Positions 37,136 to 52,215 are shown, counted from the stretch's first letter. The stretch: 64,000 nt of DNA from Escherichia coli (GCF_965641715.1 NZ_OZ282453.1); one strand, 5' to 3'. Notes: generated by a model from the letters alone, not told the origin. Numbers and translations: made by a program.

Positions 37136-40100
37136 TTTGGGGATTGATGCGGCAGAGTTTAAAAATGAAATTCCCCGTATCAAAAACCTTCTGAATGGTG
37201 CAGCCAGCGATGCAGAACGGTCTTCTGCCCGTATGCAGCGTTTTATGGAGCGTCAGACTCAGGCCGCCCGGCAGACAATGCAGGCGGCTTCTTCGGCTGC
37301 AACAGCCGCATCCGTCCATGCGCAGACGGTGGAGAAGAGCGCACAGGCTCATGAACGCATGGCCCGCGAGGTGGAGCAAACCCGCCAGCGTATGGAGGCA
37401 CTGAGCCAGAAAATGCGCGAGGAACAGGCGCAGGCCATGGCTCTGGCGGAGGCTCAGGATAAAGCGGCTGCCGCGTTTTATCGTCAGATTGACAGTGTGA
37501 AACAGGCCAGTGCGGGGCTGCAGGAATTACAGCGTATTCAGCAGCAGATCCGACAGGCCAGAAACAGTGGCGGGATTGGTCAGCAGGATTATCTGGCGCT
37601 GATTTCTGAGGTTACGGCGAAAACCCGTGTTCTTACGCAGGCTGAGGAAGAGGCTACCCGACAGAAAGTGGCGTTTATCCGTCAGCTTAAAGAGCAGGCA
37701 ACCCGCCAGAATCTTTCTTCTTCTGAGTTGCTTCGTGCTAAGGCTGCCCAGTTGGGGGTAAGCAGTGCTGCAGAAGTGTATATCCGCAAAATGGAGCAGG
37801 CAGGAAAAGCCACGCATTCGCTGGGTCTGAAAAGTGCAGCGGCCCGCCAGGAGATTGGCGTTCTGATAGGTGAACTGGCCCGCGGCAATTTAGGGGCGCT
37901 GAGGGGATCCGGGATAACGCTGGCTAACCGTGCCGGATGGATAGACACTCTGATGTCACCGAAAGGCATGATGCTTGGCGGGGTTATTGGCGGTATTGCC
38001 GCGTCCGTCTATGGTCTGGGTAAAGCCTGGTATGACGGTCAGAAGGAGGGGGAAGAATTTAACCGCCAGTTGTCGCTGACGGGGCATTATGCCGGAGTCA
38101 CTGCCGGGCAGCTGTGGACGCTCAGTCGTGCTATTTCCGGGAATGGTATCACGCAACATGCTGCAGCCGGTGCGCTGGCTCAGGTGGTGGGGAGTGGTGC
38201 ATTTCGTGGAAACGATATCGGTATGGTGGCGAGAGCTGCCGCACAGATGGAGCGATCGGTTGGCCAGTCGGTCAGCGATACCATAAATCAGTTTAAGCGG
38301 CTGAAGGATGATCCTGTAAATGCCGCGAAGGCTCTGGACAATGAGCTGCATTTTCTTACTGCCACTCAGCTTGAGCAGATACGTGTCCTTGGGGATCAGG
38401 GACGGTCCAGTGATGCTGCACGGATAGCCATGTCTGCACTGGCAGAGGAAACCGGTCGGCGTACTGCGGATATTGATAATAACCTCAATGCGCTTGGCAG
38501 TACGCTGAAGTATCTGTCTGATTTGTGGAGTCGTTTCTGGGATGCGGCCATGAATATTGGTCGTGAAGACTCGCTGGATGAACAGATTGCCGCTTTACAG
38601 GAGAAAGTGTCGCGGGCGAAAAGACTCCCCTGGACGGCATCATCTTCTCAGGTTGAATACGATCAGCAGCGTCTTAACGATCTTCAGGAGAAAAAACGCC
38701 AGAAGGATTTGCAGGATGCAAAAGAGCAGGCAGAGCGGAATTATCAGGAGCAACAGAAACGACGTAATGCTGAAAATGCTGCACTGAACCGGATGAATGA
38801 AACGGAAGCAGCACGACATCAGCGTGAAATTGCGCGTATTAATTCCATGCAGTACGCCGATCAGGCTGTCAGGGATGCAGCGATACAACGTGAAAATGAA
38901 CGTTACGAGAAAGCCCTGGCATCCGGTAAGAAAAAAACACGCGAACCCCGTAATGATGAGGCCACCCGGTTATTGCTGCAGTACAGTCAGCAACAGGCAC
39001 AGGTGGAAGGACAGATTGCTGCTGCCAGACAGTCAGCAGGCATTGCCACGGAAAGGATGACAGAAGCGCATAAACAGCTTCTGGCTCTGCAGCAGCGCAT
39101 CAGCGACCTGGACGGGAAAAAACTGACGGCAGATGAAAAGAGTGTGCTGGCCCGTAAAGATGAACTGATTCAGGCACTGACGCTGCTGGATGTAAAACAG
39201 CAGGAGCTTCAGAAACAGACGGCACTCAACGAGCTGAAGAAAAAAACAATTCAGCTGACCAGTCAACTGGCTGAAGAAGAGCGCGCTCAGCGTCAGCAAC
39301 ATGACCTGGATATCGCCACGGTGGGTATGGGTGATCAGCAGCGGCAGCGATATCAGGTACAACTGAGTCTTCGCCAGAAATACCAGCAACAGCTGGAGCA
39401 GTTGAGGCGGGATAGTGAGCAGAAAGGAACATATAACACGGATGACTACAGAAAGGCCGAGCAGGCGCTGACGGAGAGCCTGAACCGACAACTGAATGAG
39501 AATCGCCGTTACTGGCAACAGCTTGAAGTTGTGCAGGGTAACTGGAAAAACGGAGTCCTGCGTGCATTTCAGGATTTTACCGTGGATGCAGATAATACGG
39601 CAGGAACAGCAGAACAGGTGTTCTCGTCAGCCTTCAGCAACATGGGAAATGGCCTGGCAACTTTTGTCACTACCGGCAAACTCAATTTCAAATCCTTCAC
39701 CTCTTCTGTGCTGTCAGATATGGCGAAAATCCTGGCGCAGGCAACCATGATGAAATCGATAAAAGGGATTGGCAGTGTGCTGGGATTTGATCTCAGCAGC
39801 CTTTCCCTGAATGCCAATGGGGGGATTTATCAGTCTGCTGATTTGAGTCGTTACAGTGGCACGGTGGTTAACCGTCCGACGTTTTTTGCTTTTGCAAAAG
39901 GCGCGGGTGTGATGGGGGAAGCGGGACCTGAAGCCATTCTGCCACTGCGTCGTGGTGCTGACGGTAAGCTGGGGGTTGTGGCGGATATTGGTGGTTCAGG
40001 TATGGCGATGTTTGCCCCGCAGTACAACATCGAGATCAATAACGATGGCACGAACGGGCAGATAGGTCCGGCTGCCCTGAAGGTGGTTTATGACCTTGGG

Positions 40101-40172
40101 AAAAAAGCGGCAGCGGACTTTATGCAACAGCAGGCCCGTGATGGTGGTCGGTTAAGTGGAGCATATCGGTAA
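37107..40172 (+). CDS. Tail tape measure protein (gpH-like)
   Basis: ~1020 aa, coiled-coil-rich, GGAGG RBS, between G/T and M. Confidence 0.9.
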   Translation: MDQIANLVIDLGIDAAEFKNEIPRIKNLLNGAASDAERSSARMQRFMERQTQAARQTMQAASSAATAASVHAQTVEKSAQAHERMAREVEQTRQRMEALSQKMREEQAQAMALAEAQDKAAAAFYRQIDSVKQASAGLQELQRIQQQIRQARNSGGIGQQDYLALISEVTAKTRVLTQAEEEATRQKVAFIRQLKEQATRQNLSSSELLRAKAAQLGVSSAAEVYIRKMEQAGKATHSLGLKSAAARQEIGVLIGELARGNLGALRGSGITLANRAGWIDTLMSPKGMMLGGVIGGIAASVYGLGKAWYDGQKEGEEFNRQLSLTGHYAGVTAGQLWTLSRAISGNGITQHAAAGALAQVVGSGAFRGNDIGMVARAAAQMERSVGQSVSDTINQFKRLKDDPVNAAKALDNELHFLTATQLEQIRVLGDQGRSSDAARIAMSALAEETGRRTADIDNNLNALGSTLKYLSDLWSRFWDAAMNIGREDSLDEQIAALQEKVSRAKRLPWTASSSQVEYDQQRLNDLQEKKRQKDLQDAKEQAERNYQEQQKRRNAENAALNRMNETEAARHQREIARINSMQYADQAVRDAAIQRENERYEKALASGKKKTREPRNDEATRLLLQYSQQQAQVEGQIAAARQSAGIATERMTEAHKQLLALQQRISDLDGKKLTADEKSVLARKDELIQALTLLDVKQQELQKQTALNELKKKTIQLTSQLAEEERAQRQQHDLDIATVGMGDQQRQRYQVQLSLRQKYQQQLEQLRRDSEQKGTYNTDDYRKAEQALTESLNRQLNENRRYWQQLEVVQGNWKNGVLRAFQDFTVDADNTAGTAEQVFSSAFSNMGNGLATFVTTGKLNFKSFTSSVLSDMAKILAQATMMKSIKGIGSVLGFDLSSLSLNANGGIYQSADLSRYSGTVVNRPTFFAFAKGAGVMGEAGPEAILPLRRGADGKLGVVADIGGSGMAMFAPQYNIEINNDGTNGQIGPAALKVVYDLGKKAAADFMQQQARDGGRLSGAYR

Positions 40173-40501
40173 TGGAGACGTTTCACTGGAAAGTGCGCCC
40201 GGATATGAATGTGGTATCAGAGCCGAAAGTGGTGACAGTGAAGCTGGGCGATGGTTATGAACAGCGTCGTGCGGCGGGACTGAATAACCAGTTGTCGATT
40301 TACAGCGTGACGATACGTGTTCGTAAATGTGAACACCCATCTTTAAAAGCCTTTCTGGAACGGCACGGTGGCGTCCGCGCATTTCAGTGGACGCCACCTT
40401 ATGACTGGAAGCCGATCAGGGTGGTTTGTCGTAAATGGTCGGCAAGCGTGGGGGCGTTGTGGGTAACCATAACGGCAGATTTTGAACAGGTCGTGGCATA
40501 G
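40172..40501 (+). CDS. Minor tail protein M
   Basis: 109 aa, lambda gpM size/position. Confidence 0.85.
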   Translation: METFHWKVRPDMNVVSEPKVVTVKLGDGYEQRRAAGLNNQLSIYSVTIRVRKCEHPSLKAFLERHGGVRAFQWTPPYDWKPIRVVCRKWSASVGALWVTITADFEQVVA

Positions 40502-40510
40502 GAGGCTCTG

Positions 40511-41209
40511 ATGCAGGATATTCCACAGGAAACACATCATGAGACGACACGCCTCACTCAGTCAGCCCAGGTGGTGCTCTGGGAAATCGATCTGACAGAG
40601 GTCGGTGGTGAACGTTATTTTTTCTGTAATGAGCAGAACGAAAAAGGTGAGCCGGTTACCTGGCAGGGGCGGCAGTATCAGGCATACCCCATTCAGGGGA
40701 CGGGATTTGAACTGAATGGCAAGGGCAGTGCTGCCCGTCCGACACTGACGGTTTCTAACCTGCACGGCATGGTCACCGGGATGGCGGAAGATCTGCAGAG
40801 TCTGGTCGGCGGAACGGTGGTCAGGCGTAAGGTTTACGCCCGTTTTCTGGTTGCGGTGAACTTCGTCAACGGAAACAGTGACGCCGATCCGGAGCAGGAG
40901 GTGATCAGCCGCTGGCGCATCGAGCAGTGCAGCGAACTGAGCGCGGTGAGTGCCTCTTTTGTACTGTCCACGCCGACGGAAACGGACGGTGCCGTTTTTC
41001 CGGGGCGCATCATGCTGGCCAACACCTGCACCTGGACCTATCGCGGTGACGAGTGCGGTTATCACGGTCCGGCGGTCGCGGATGAATATGATCAGCCGAC
41101 GTCCGATATCACGAAGGATAAATGCAGCAAATGCCTGAGCGGCTGTAAGTTTCGCAATAATGTCGGCAACTTTGGCGGCTTCCTTTCCATTAACAAACTT
41201 TCGCAGTGA
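40511..41209 (+). CDS. Minor tail protein L
   Basis: 232 aa with C-terminal Cys cluster (CTWTYRGDECGY...CSKCLSGCKF), lambda gpL-like. Confidence 0.85.
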   Translation: MQDIPQETHHETTRLTQSAQVVLWEIDLTEVGGERYFFCNEQNEKGEPVTWQGRQYQAYPIQGTGFELNGKGSAARPTLTVSNLHGMVTGMAEDLQSLVGGTVVRRKVYARFLVAVNFVNGNSDADPEQEVISRWRIEQCSELSAVSASFVLSTPTETDGAVFPGRIMLANTCTWTYRGDECGYHGPAVADEYDQPTSDITKDKCSKCLSGCKFRNNVGNFGGFLSINKLSQ

Positions 41210-41214
41210 ATCCC

Positions 41215-41958
41215 ATGACAGAGACAGAATCAGCGATTCTGGCGCACGCCCGGCGATGTGCGCCAGCGGAGTCGTGCGGCTTCGTGGTGAGAACACCGGA
41301 GGGGGAAAGATATTTTCCCTGCGTGAATATCTCTGGTGAGCCGGAGGCGTATTTCCGGATGTCGCCGGAGGACTGGCTGAGTGCAGAAATGCAGGGAGAG
41401 ATTGTGGCGCTGGTCCACAGCCACCCCGGTGGTCTGCCCTGGCTGAGTGAGGCCGACCGGCGGCTGCAGGTGCAGAGTGATTTGCCGTGGTGGCTGGTCT
41501 GCCGGGGGGCGATTCATAAATTCCGCTGTGTGCCGCATCTCACCGGGCGGCGCTTTGAGCACGGGGTGACGGACTGTTACACGCTGTTCCGGGACGCTTA
41601 CCATCTGGCGGGAATTGAGATGCCGGATTTTCATCGCGGGGATGACTGGTGGCGTCACGGCCAGAATCTCTATCTGGATAATCTGGAGGACACAGGGCTG
41701 TATCAGGTGCCGTTGTCAGCGGCGCAGCCGGGCGATGTGCTGCTGTGCTGTTTTGGTTCATCGGTGCCGAATCATGCCGCCATTTACTGTGGCGACGGCG
41801 AGCTGCTGCACCATATTCCTGAACAACTGAGTAAACGAGAGAGGTACACCGACAAATGGCAGCGACGCACACACTCCCTCTGGCGTCACCGGGCATGGCA
41901 CGCATCTGCCTTTACGGGGATTTGCAACGATTTGGTCGCCGTATCGACCTTCGTGTGA
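41215..41958 (+). CDS. Tail assembly protein K (NlpC/P60 + MPN domains)
   Basis: MTETESAILAHARRCAPAESCGFVV...HSHP (JAMM-like) and Cys/His peptidase motif. Confidence 0.85.
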   Translation: MTETESAILAHARRCAPAESCGFVVRTPEGERYFPCVNISGEPEAYFRMSPEDWLSAEMQGEIVALVHSHPGGLPWLSEADRRLQVQSDLPWWLVCRGAIHKFRCVPHLTGRRFEHGVTDCYTLFRDAYHLAGIEMPDFHRGDDWWRHGQNLYLDNLEDTGLYQVPLSAAQPGDVLLCCFGSSVPNHAAIYCGDGELLHHIPEQLSKRERYTDKWQRRTHSLWRHRAWHASAFTGICNDLVAVSTFV

Positions 41959-42503
41959 AAACGGGGGCTGAAGCCATCCGGGCACTGGCCACACAGCTCC
42001 CGGTGTTTCGTCAGAAACTGAATGAGGGCTGGTATCAGGTGCGCATTGCCGGGCGTGATGCAGGCGAAAATGAATTATCTGCCCGTCTTAATGAGCCGCT
42101 GGCAAATGGTGCCGTGATCCACATCGTGCCGCGTCTGGCGGGAGCTAAAAGTGGCGGTGTGTTTCAGGTGGTGCTTGGGGCGGCGCTGATTGCGGTGGCA
42201 TGGTGGAACCCTGTGGGCTGGCTGGGGGCCGCGGCTGTATCGGGCATGTATGCGGCAGGGGCCAGTATGATCCTGGGCGGAGTGGCGCAGATGCTGGCAC
42301 CGAAAGCCAGGACGCCCACGGCAGCCAGTACAGATAACGGCAAACAGAACACCTATTTCTCCTCACTGGATAACATGGTTGCCCAGGGCAATGTTCTGCC
42401 TGTTCTGTACGGTGAAATGCGCGTGGGGTCACGTGTGGTTTCTCAGGAGATCAGCACGGCAGACGAAGGGGATGGTGGTCAGGTTGTGGTGATTGGTCGC
42501 TGA
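41856..42503 (+). CDS. Tail assembly protein I
   Basis: MAATHTLPLASPGMARICLYGDLQRFGRRIDLRVK... lambda gpI-like; overlaps end of K, true start may be 41895. Confidence 0.8.
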   Translation: MAATHTLPLASPGMARICLYGDLQRFGRRIDLRVKTGAEAIRALATQLPVFRQKLNEGWYQVRIAGRDAGENELSARLNEPLANGAVIHIVPRLAGAKSGGVFQVVLGAALIAVAWWNPVGWLGAAAVSGMYAAGASMILGGVAQMLAPKARTPTAASTDNGKQNTYFSSLDNMVAQGNVLPVLYGEMRVGSRVVSQEISTADEGDGGQVVVIGR

Positions 42504-42560
42504 TGCAAAATGTTTTATGTGAAACCGCCTCCGGGCGGTTTTATCGTTTATGGAGCGTGA

Positions 42561-45971
<3,411 letters not shown>

Positions 45972-45981
45972 CCCAGAACGG

Positions 45982-46005
45982 GCGTCAGAAATGACGCCTT
46001 TTTTA
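45982..46005 (+). terminator. Rho-independent terminator after J
   Basis: ggcgtca-gaaa-tgacgcc hairpin followed by TTTTTT. Confidence 0.7.
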
Positions 46006-46028
46006 TTGCAGAAAAGCGAGAGGTAATT

Positions 46029-46628
46029 ATGCGTAAACTTTATGCCGCCATTTTGTCCGCAGCCATTTGTCTGGCCGTATCCGGTGCGCCTGCATGGGCG
46101 TCTGAACATCAGTCCACGCTGAGCGCGGGGTATCTTCATGCCCGGACGAACGTTCCCGGCAGTGATGATCTGAACGGGATTAACGTGAAATACCGTTATG
46201 AGTTTACGGACACACTGGGGCTGGTGACGTCATTCAGCTATGCAGGAGACAAGAATCGCCAGCTTACCCGTTACAGCGATACCCGCTGGCATGAAGATTC
46301 CGTGCGTAACCGCTGGTTCAGCGTGATGGTGGGGCCGTCTGTGCGCGTGAATGAATGGTTCAGCGCGTATGCGATGGCGGGTATGGCTTACAGCCGTGTG
46401 TCGACTTTCTCCGGGGATTATCTCCGCGTAACTGACAACAAGGGGAAAACGCACGACGTGCTGACCGGAAGTGATGACGGTCGCCACAGCAACACGTCTC
46501 TGGCGTGGGGAGCTGGCGTGCAGTTTAACCCGACCGAATCCGTGGCCATTGATATTGCTTATGAAGGCTCCGGCAGTGGCGACTGGCGCACTGACGGTTT
46601 CATCGTGGGTGTCGGTTATAAGTTCTGA
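46029..46628 (+). CDS. lom: Outer membrane protein Lom (Ail/OmpX family)
   Basis: Signal peptide and beta-barrel pattern ending GVGYKF. Confidence 0.88.
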
Positions 46629-46686
46629 TTAGCCAGGTAACACAGTGTTATGACAGCCCGCCGGTTCAGGCGGGCTTTTTTGTGGG

Positions 46687-49608
46687 GTGAATATGGCAGT
46701 AAAGATTTCAGGTGTACTGAAAGACGGCACAGGAAAACCGGTACAGAACTGCACAATCCAGCTGAAAGCAAAACGTAACAGCACCACGGTGGTGGTGAAC
46801 ACGCTGGCCTCAGAAAATCCGGATGAAGCCGGGCGTTACAGCATGGACGTTGAGTACGGGCAGTACAGCGTTATTCTGTTGGTGGAAGGATTCCCGCCGT
46901 CACATGCCGGGACCATCACCGTGTATGAAGATTCTCAACCCGGTACGCTGAATGATTTTCTCGGTGCCATGACGGAGGATGATGCCCGTCCGGAGGCACT
47001 GCGCCGTTTTGAACAGATGGTGGAAGAGGTGGCGCGTAACGCGTCCGTGGTGGCACAGAACACGGCAGCCGCGAAGAAGTCAGCCAGTGATGCCGGCACA
47101 TCTGCCCGTGAGGCGGCAACCCATGCGACTGATGCTGCAGATTCAGCACGTGCAGCCAGCACGTCAGCCGGACAGGCCGCTTCGTCGGCTCAGTCAGCGT
47201 CTTCCAGCGCAGGAACGGCATCAACAAAGGCCACTGAAGCGGAAAAAAGTGCTGCCGCTGCAGAGTCCTCAAAAAGCGCGGCAGCTACCAGTGCCGCTGC
47301 CGCGAAAACGTCAGAAACGAATGCTGCAGCGTCACAACAATCAGCCGCCACTTCTGCATCCACCGCGACTACGAAAGCGTCAGAAGCTGCCACCTCAGCC
47401 CGGGATGCGTCGGCTTCAAAAGAGGCGGCAAAATCATCAGAAACGAACGCATCCTCGAGCGCCAGTAGTGCAGCTTCCTCGGCAACGGCGGCAGCAAATT
47501 CCGCGAAGGCGGCAAAAACGTCCGAGACGAACGCCAGGTCTTCTGAGACGGCAGCGGGACAGAGCGCCTCAGCTGCGGCAGGCTCAAAAACAGCGGCTGC
47601 GTCGTCTGCCAGTGCCGCGTCAACAAGTGCCGGGCAGGCCTCAGCCAGTGCCACCGCTGCCGGAAAATCGGCAGAAAGCGCCGCATCGTCCGCTTCAACA
47701 GCCACAACGAAGGCTGGCGAAGCCACTGAACAGGCCAGCGCAGCAGCGAGGTCTGCTTCCGCAGCGAAGACATCCGAGACGAACGCGAAAGCGTCGGAAA
47801 CCAGCGCAGAATCCTCAAAAACGGCTGCCGCATCGTCCGCCAGTTCGGCGGCGTCATCGGCATCATCTGCGTCTGCTTCAAAAGATGAGGCGAGCAGACA
47901 GGCGTCAGCAGCAAAGGGCAGCGCCACGACGGCATCCACGAAGGCGACAGAGGCAGCTGGCAGTGCGACGGCGGCAGCTCAGAGCAAAAGTACGGCGGAA
48001 TCCGCGGCAACGCGCGCCGAGACAGCGGCAAAACGGGCAGAGGATATTGCATCCGCCGTGGCGCTTGAGGATGCGAGCACGACGAAAAAGGGGATAGTAC
48101 AGCTCAGCAGTGCGACTAACAGCACTTCCGAGTCACTGGCGGCAACGCCAAAAGCCGTTAAGGCCGCGTATGAGCTGGCTAACGGGAAATACACCGCACA
48201 GGATGCAACGACAGCACAGAAAGGGATAGTTCAGCTCAGCAGCGCGACCAACAGCACATCTGAAATGCTGGCGGCAACGCCAAAGTCGGTAAAGGCAGCC
48301 TATGACCTTGCTAACGGGAAATATACTGCTCAGGACGCTACGACAGCACAAAAAGGAATTGTCCAGCTCAGTAGTGCAACCAACAGCGCATCTGAAACGC
48401 TTGCCGCGACACCGAAAGCAGTGAAAGCAGCTAATGATAATGCGAATGGTCGGGTACCTTCTGCCCGTAAGGTGAATGGTAAGGCGCTTTCAGCGGATAT
48501 AACACTGACGCCGAAAGATATTGGTACGCTTAACTCAACAACAATGTCATTCAGCGGTGGTGCTGGTTGGTTCAAATTAGCAACGGTAACCATGCCACAG
48601 GCGAGTTCTGTTGTTTCAATTACGTTGATTGGTGGCGCGGGATTTAACGTGGGGTCACCTCAACAGGCAGGTATATCTGAACTTGTTTTGCGTGCAGGTA
48701 ATGGTAATCCGAAGGGGATTACTGGTGCTTTATGGCAGCGCACATCGACAGGGTTTACAAATTTTGCCTGGGTCAATACATCTGGTGATACTTACGATAT
48801 TTACGTTGCAATCGGAAATTATGCGACTGGTGTAAATATTCAATGGGATTATACCAGTAATGCCAGCGTGACTATTCATACGTCACCAGCATATTCTGCT
48901 AATAAGCCGGAAGGGTTAACGGACGGTACAGTTTATTCACTCTATACGCCATCAGAGCAGTTTTATCCGCCTGGCGCACCAATCCCGTGGCCATCAGATA
49001 CCGTTCCGTCTGGTTATGCCCTGATGCAGGGGCAGACTTTTGACAAATCTGCTTACCCGAAACTTGCAACCGCTTATCCGTCAGGCGTGATCCCTGATAT
49101 GCGTGGCTGGACGATTAAGGGCAAACCTGCCAGTGGTCGGGCCGTATTGTCTCAGGAACAGGACGGCATTAAATCGCACACCCACAGCGCCAGCGCATCC
49201 AGTACGGATTTGGGGACGAAAACCACATCGTCGTTTGATTACGGCACTAAATCCACGAATAACACCGGGGCGCATACGCACAGTGTGAGCGGTACAGCCG
49301 CAAGTGCCGGAAACCATACTCATAGTGTCACAGGCGCATCAGCAGTCAGCCAGTGGTCACAAAATGGGTCAGTACATAAGGTAGTGTCTGCGGCCAGTGT
49401 GAATACAAGTGCTGCAGGAGCGCACACTCATAGTGTCAGCGGCACAGCTGCATCTGCAGGTGCTCACGCACATACTGTCGGTATTGGTGCTCATACGCAC
49501 TCTGTTGCGATTGGCTCACATGGACACACCATCACCGTTAACGCTGCTGGTAACGCGGAAAACACTGTCAAAAACATCGCATTTAACTACATTGTGAGGC
49601 TTGCATAA
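46687..49608 (+). CDS. stf: Side tail fibre protein (Stf) with expanded internal repeats
   Basis: [27 protein letters not shown]... lambda Stf-like N-terminus, long Ala/Ser-rich tract, three near-identical ~40-aa repeats, HTHS repeats, C-terminus [24 protein letters not shown]. Confidence 0.9.
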   Translation: MNMAVKISGVLKDGTGKPVQNCTIQLKAKRNSTTVVVNTLASENPDEAGRYSMDVEYGQYSVILLVEGFPPSHAGTITVYEDSQPGTLNDFLGAMTEDDARPEALRRFEQMVEEVARNASVVAQNTAAAKKSASDAGTSAREAATHATDAADSARAASTSAGQAASSAQSASSSAGTASTKATEAEKSAAAAESSKSAAATSAAAAKTSETNAAASQQSAATSASTATTKASEAATSARDASASKEAAKSSETNASSSASSAASSATAAANSAKAAKTSETNARSSETAAGQSASAAAGSKTAAASSASAASTSAGQASASATAAGKSAESAASSASTATTKAGEATEQASAAARSASAAKTSETNAKASETSAESSKTAAASSASSAASSASSASASKDEASRQASAAKGSATTASTKATEAAGSATAAAQSKSTAESAATRAETAAKRAEDIASAVALEDASTTKKGIVQLSSATNSTSESLAATPKAVKAAYELANGKYTAQDATTAQKGIVQLSSATNSTSEMLAATPKSVKAAYDLANGKYTAQDATTAQKGIVQLSSATNSASETLAATPKAVKAANDNANGRVPSARKVNGKALSADITLTPKDIGTLNSTTMSFSGGAGWFKLATVTMPQASSVVSITLIGGAGFNVGSPQQAGISELVLRAGNGNPKGITGALWQRTSTGFTNFAWVNTSGDTYDIYVAIGNYATGVNIQWDYTSNASVTIHTSPAYSANKPEGLTDGTVYSLYTPSEQFYPPGAPIPWPSDTVPSGYALMQGQTFDKSAYPKLATAYPSGVIPDMRGWTIKGKPASGRAVLSQEQDGIKSHTHSASASSTDLGTKTTSSFDYGTKSTNNTGAHTHSVSGTAASAGNHTHSVTGASAVSQWSQNGSVHKVVSAASVNTSAAGAHTHSVSGTAASAGAHAHTVGIGAHTHSVAIGSHGHTITVNAAGNAENTVKNIAFNYIVRLA

Positions 49609-50183
49609 TGGCATTCAGAATGAGTGAACAACCACGGACCATAAAAATTTATAATCTGCTGGCAGGAACTAATGAATTTATTGGTGAAGGTGACGCATAT
49701 ATTCCGCCTCATACAGGTCTGCCAGCAAACAGTTCCTATATTGCACCGCCAGATATTCCGGCTGGCTTCGTGGCTGTTTTCAACAGTGATGAGGCATCGT
49801 GGCATCTCGTTGAAGATCATCGGGGTAAAACCGTCTATGACGTGGCTTCCGGCGACGCGTTATTTATTTCTGAACTTGGCCCATTACCGGAAAATATCAC
49901 CTGGTTATCCCCGGAAGGGGAGTTTCAGAAGTGGAACGGCACAGCCTGGGTGAAGGATACGGAAGCAGCAAAACTGTTCCGGATCCGGGAGGCGGAAGAA
50001 ACAAAAAACAACCTGATGCAGGTAGCCAGTGAGCATATTGCGCCGCTTCAGGATGCTGCAGATCTGGAAATTGCAACGGAGGAAGAAATCTCGTTGCTGG
50101 AAGCATGGAAAAAGTATCGGGTATTGCTGAACCGTGTTGATACGTCAACTGCACAGGATATTGAATGGCCAGCACTGCCGTAG
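49608..50183 (+). CDS. tfa: Tail fibre assembly protein (Tfa)
   Basis: 191 aa, ATGA overlap with stf; Tfa-like sequence. Confidence 0.85.
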   Translation: MAFRMSEQPRTIKIYNLLAGTNEFIGEGDAYIPPHTGLPANSSYIAPPDIPAGFVAVFNSDEASWHLVEDHRGKTVYDVASGDALFISELGPLPENITWLSPEGEFQKWNGTAWVKDTEAAKLFRIREAEETKNNLMQVASEHIAPLQDAADLEIATEEEISLLEAWKKYRVLLNRVDTSTAQDIEWPALP

Positions 50184-50280
50184 GGTAAAACATATAAATT
50201 CTATAATTAGATGTATCTTTCCATTTACGGCAAGGAAGGGGGCTTGGAAGACGTAAAGCATCTCACACCGAGATTATTTT

Positions 50281-50871
50281 TTATATGTCAGGTGTCTGAA
50301 GTTTTGCTTTGGCTCTTAAAATGGTTTGCCGCGAGGTTTTGAATTCCCGGGCAATGGCACTTATACTTACACCTGACTTAATTCGTTCGAATACCACCTG
50401 TTTCTGTTCTTCATTTAACACAGGTGGTCGACCAAAACGTTTCCCTGCGCCGCGGGCTCTTACTATCCCGGAATGAGTGCGTTCAAGTAAAAGGTCTCGT
50501 TCAAATTCAGCGACTGCTGAAATTACTTGCATCATCATTTTTCCTGTTGGACTGGTCAGGTCAATGCCCCCCAATGCTAAGCAATGCACTCTGATACCTG
50601 TTTCGGTCAGTTGTTCCACTGTTTTCCTGATATCCATTGCATTACAACCAAGGCGATCCAGTTTTGTCACAATCAATTGATCACCACATTTCAGGCGAGC
50701 AAGCAACCGGTTAAAACCAGGACGCTCACTGGTTGCTGCTGAGCCGCTAATGTGTTCTTCGATTATTTGCTGAGGTTTGATTTTAAAACCTGCACTTTCG
50801 ATTTCCCGGCGTTGATTTTCGGTGGTCTGATCCAGCGTTGATATCCGACAGTAAGCAAAAATTCGAGACAT
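50281..50871 (-). CDS. pin: Serine recombinase / DNA invertase Pin
   Basis: [20 protein letters not shown]... resolvase catalytic Ser motif and C-terminal HTH; adjacent to tail fibre genes. Confidence 0.9.
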
Positions 50872-51187
50872 AGTGAGATTCTATACGAAATTGGTGTTCA
50901 TATCATAATGCATCTCAGAAAATAATTTTGATTATTTTTGTACATATTTGTATGTACACGTTCGAAAATAAACGAATGCGTATGCAACCCCGTAATTTTG
51001 GTGAGACCCAAAATCGATTTTGTGAAAAATGGCTTTAACTCGGTTTGTTTTTCGAGTTCCGGGCGGACTCAAGGAAGAAGAATAGTGTTGCGTGTTATTT
51101 TAACCAGATTTCAAGTTGTTTGGTCGTGGAAAAGTGGAGCAAAATGTTGTTAAAGTGGAAAAATGATAAAAAAGTAAGTTTATTATA

Positions 51188-51421
51188 TTACATTTTACCA
51201 TTTAAATTTTGGTTGTCTTTAAGAACTGATATCGCTGTTTGTAATAATTCTTTGTTATCCAGCCATGATTTTTTCTTTATGTTTCCTTCAATGTAATCAA
51301 GCAATGTTCTGGTATTGATAGGTCTTCCCTGTTTTGCTACTTCCACTACAGCATCCCCTAGGATAATTCTTACTTCAGGAAGCTGCGCAGGGAACCACTT
51401 TAGGGTGTCTTTTGATTTCAT
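51188..51421 (-). CDS. ydfK: YdfK/YnaE-like protein
   Basis: MKSKDTLKWFPAQLPEVRIILGDAVVEVAKQGRPINTRTLLDYIEGNIKKKSWLDNKELLQTAISVLK...; resembles remembered YdfK. Confidence 0.7.
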   Translation of the reverse strand: MKSKDTLKWFPAQLPEVRIILGDAVVEVAKQGRPINTRTLLDYIEGNIKKKSWLDNKELLQTAISVLKDNQNLNGKM

Positions 51422-52201
51422 GAAGATATTCCTTAAAATATTATTGATTTTCATTGCGATATTGTATGTCTGATTCAGGATATGTTGGCTTATACATCGG
51501 TTTTGTCTGGGTTATTGGATATGCCAATCCCTAATTTTATTAGGGCATGACTAAAAATGCTGAATATGATAAGGAGAGAAGTGATTATCAGTATGCTGTT
51601 CATATAGCCTCGAATTAGTAATGTGTTATATATGATATAGTTGACAATTTTTATCTTGGGTGTTCTTAAAGTTCGTAGATAAACATTGTCGTTTCAGGTA
51701 TACAGGAATGCTAACAGGTGGCAGCAAAAATCAGGCGGTTTATGGCGCAAGCTGAAGCGGCAACTGCAAACTATCTTATGCAGAGACTCTACACGGATTG
51801 GGTTTAAAAGTATACATAGATAACAGTTTTTATCTGAAGAAGAAAAATATCAAGGTGATATAGCCTATATGCCTTTGATGCGGAGGAATGAATGTGATGG
51901 GAGTGATGTATCTGAATAGTTGAAAAACCGCAGACACGCCTTATGCAAGAACGTGCTGCGGTTGGCTGGTAAATTTTTCGATAGTGTGAGTATTGAATGA
52001 TTTCCAGCCGTTCTTGATTTTACGCATAAATCCATGAAAAAACTACTTATCTGTTGGGGAGTTTTTTTGGGGCATATATGGGACAGAAATAGGCCCCAGA
52101 TAGACACTGAGATCGAACTTAGGATGCTTTTTAAAAAATGCAACTATCTGAAAAAACCTAGAAAACGCCAAGGAAACCACAGGATGGGAAAAAACACCTG
52201 T

Positions 52202-52215
52202 GAATTATGGATTTC
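52202..52215. repeat. attR core (gaattatggatttc)
   Basis: Direct repeat of attL core at the right phage/ydfJ junction. Confidence 0.6.

Noticed and set aside
39033-39567. Minus-strand ORFs inside the tape measure gene
   Set aside because: Antisense to a long coiled-coil tape measure ORF; no independent signals.
40562-41296. 244-aa minus-strand ORF
   Set aside because: Antisense to gpL/gpK, both of which are well supported on the plus strand.
46916-48194. Cluster of long alternative-frame ORFs (e.g. 46979..48097 +, 47190..47939 -, 47369..48052 -)
   Set aside because: All overlap the repetitive Ala/Ser-rich portion of stf; translations are low-complexity (Arg/Pro/Gln or Ala/Asp runs) and arise from the DNA repeat structure.
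47000-49600. Possible CRISPR-like array because of regular repeats
   Set aside because: Repeats are in-frame coding repeats of the tail fibre gene, of unequal spacing and without cas genes or a leader.
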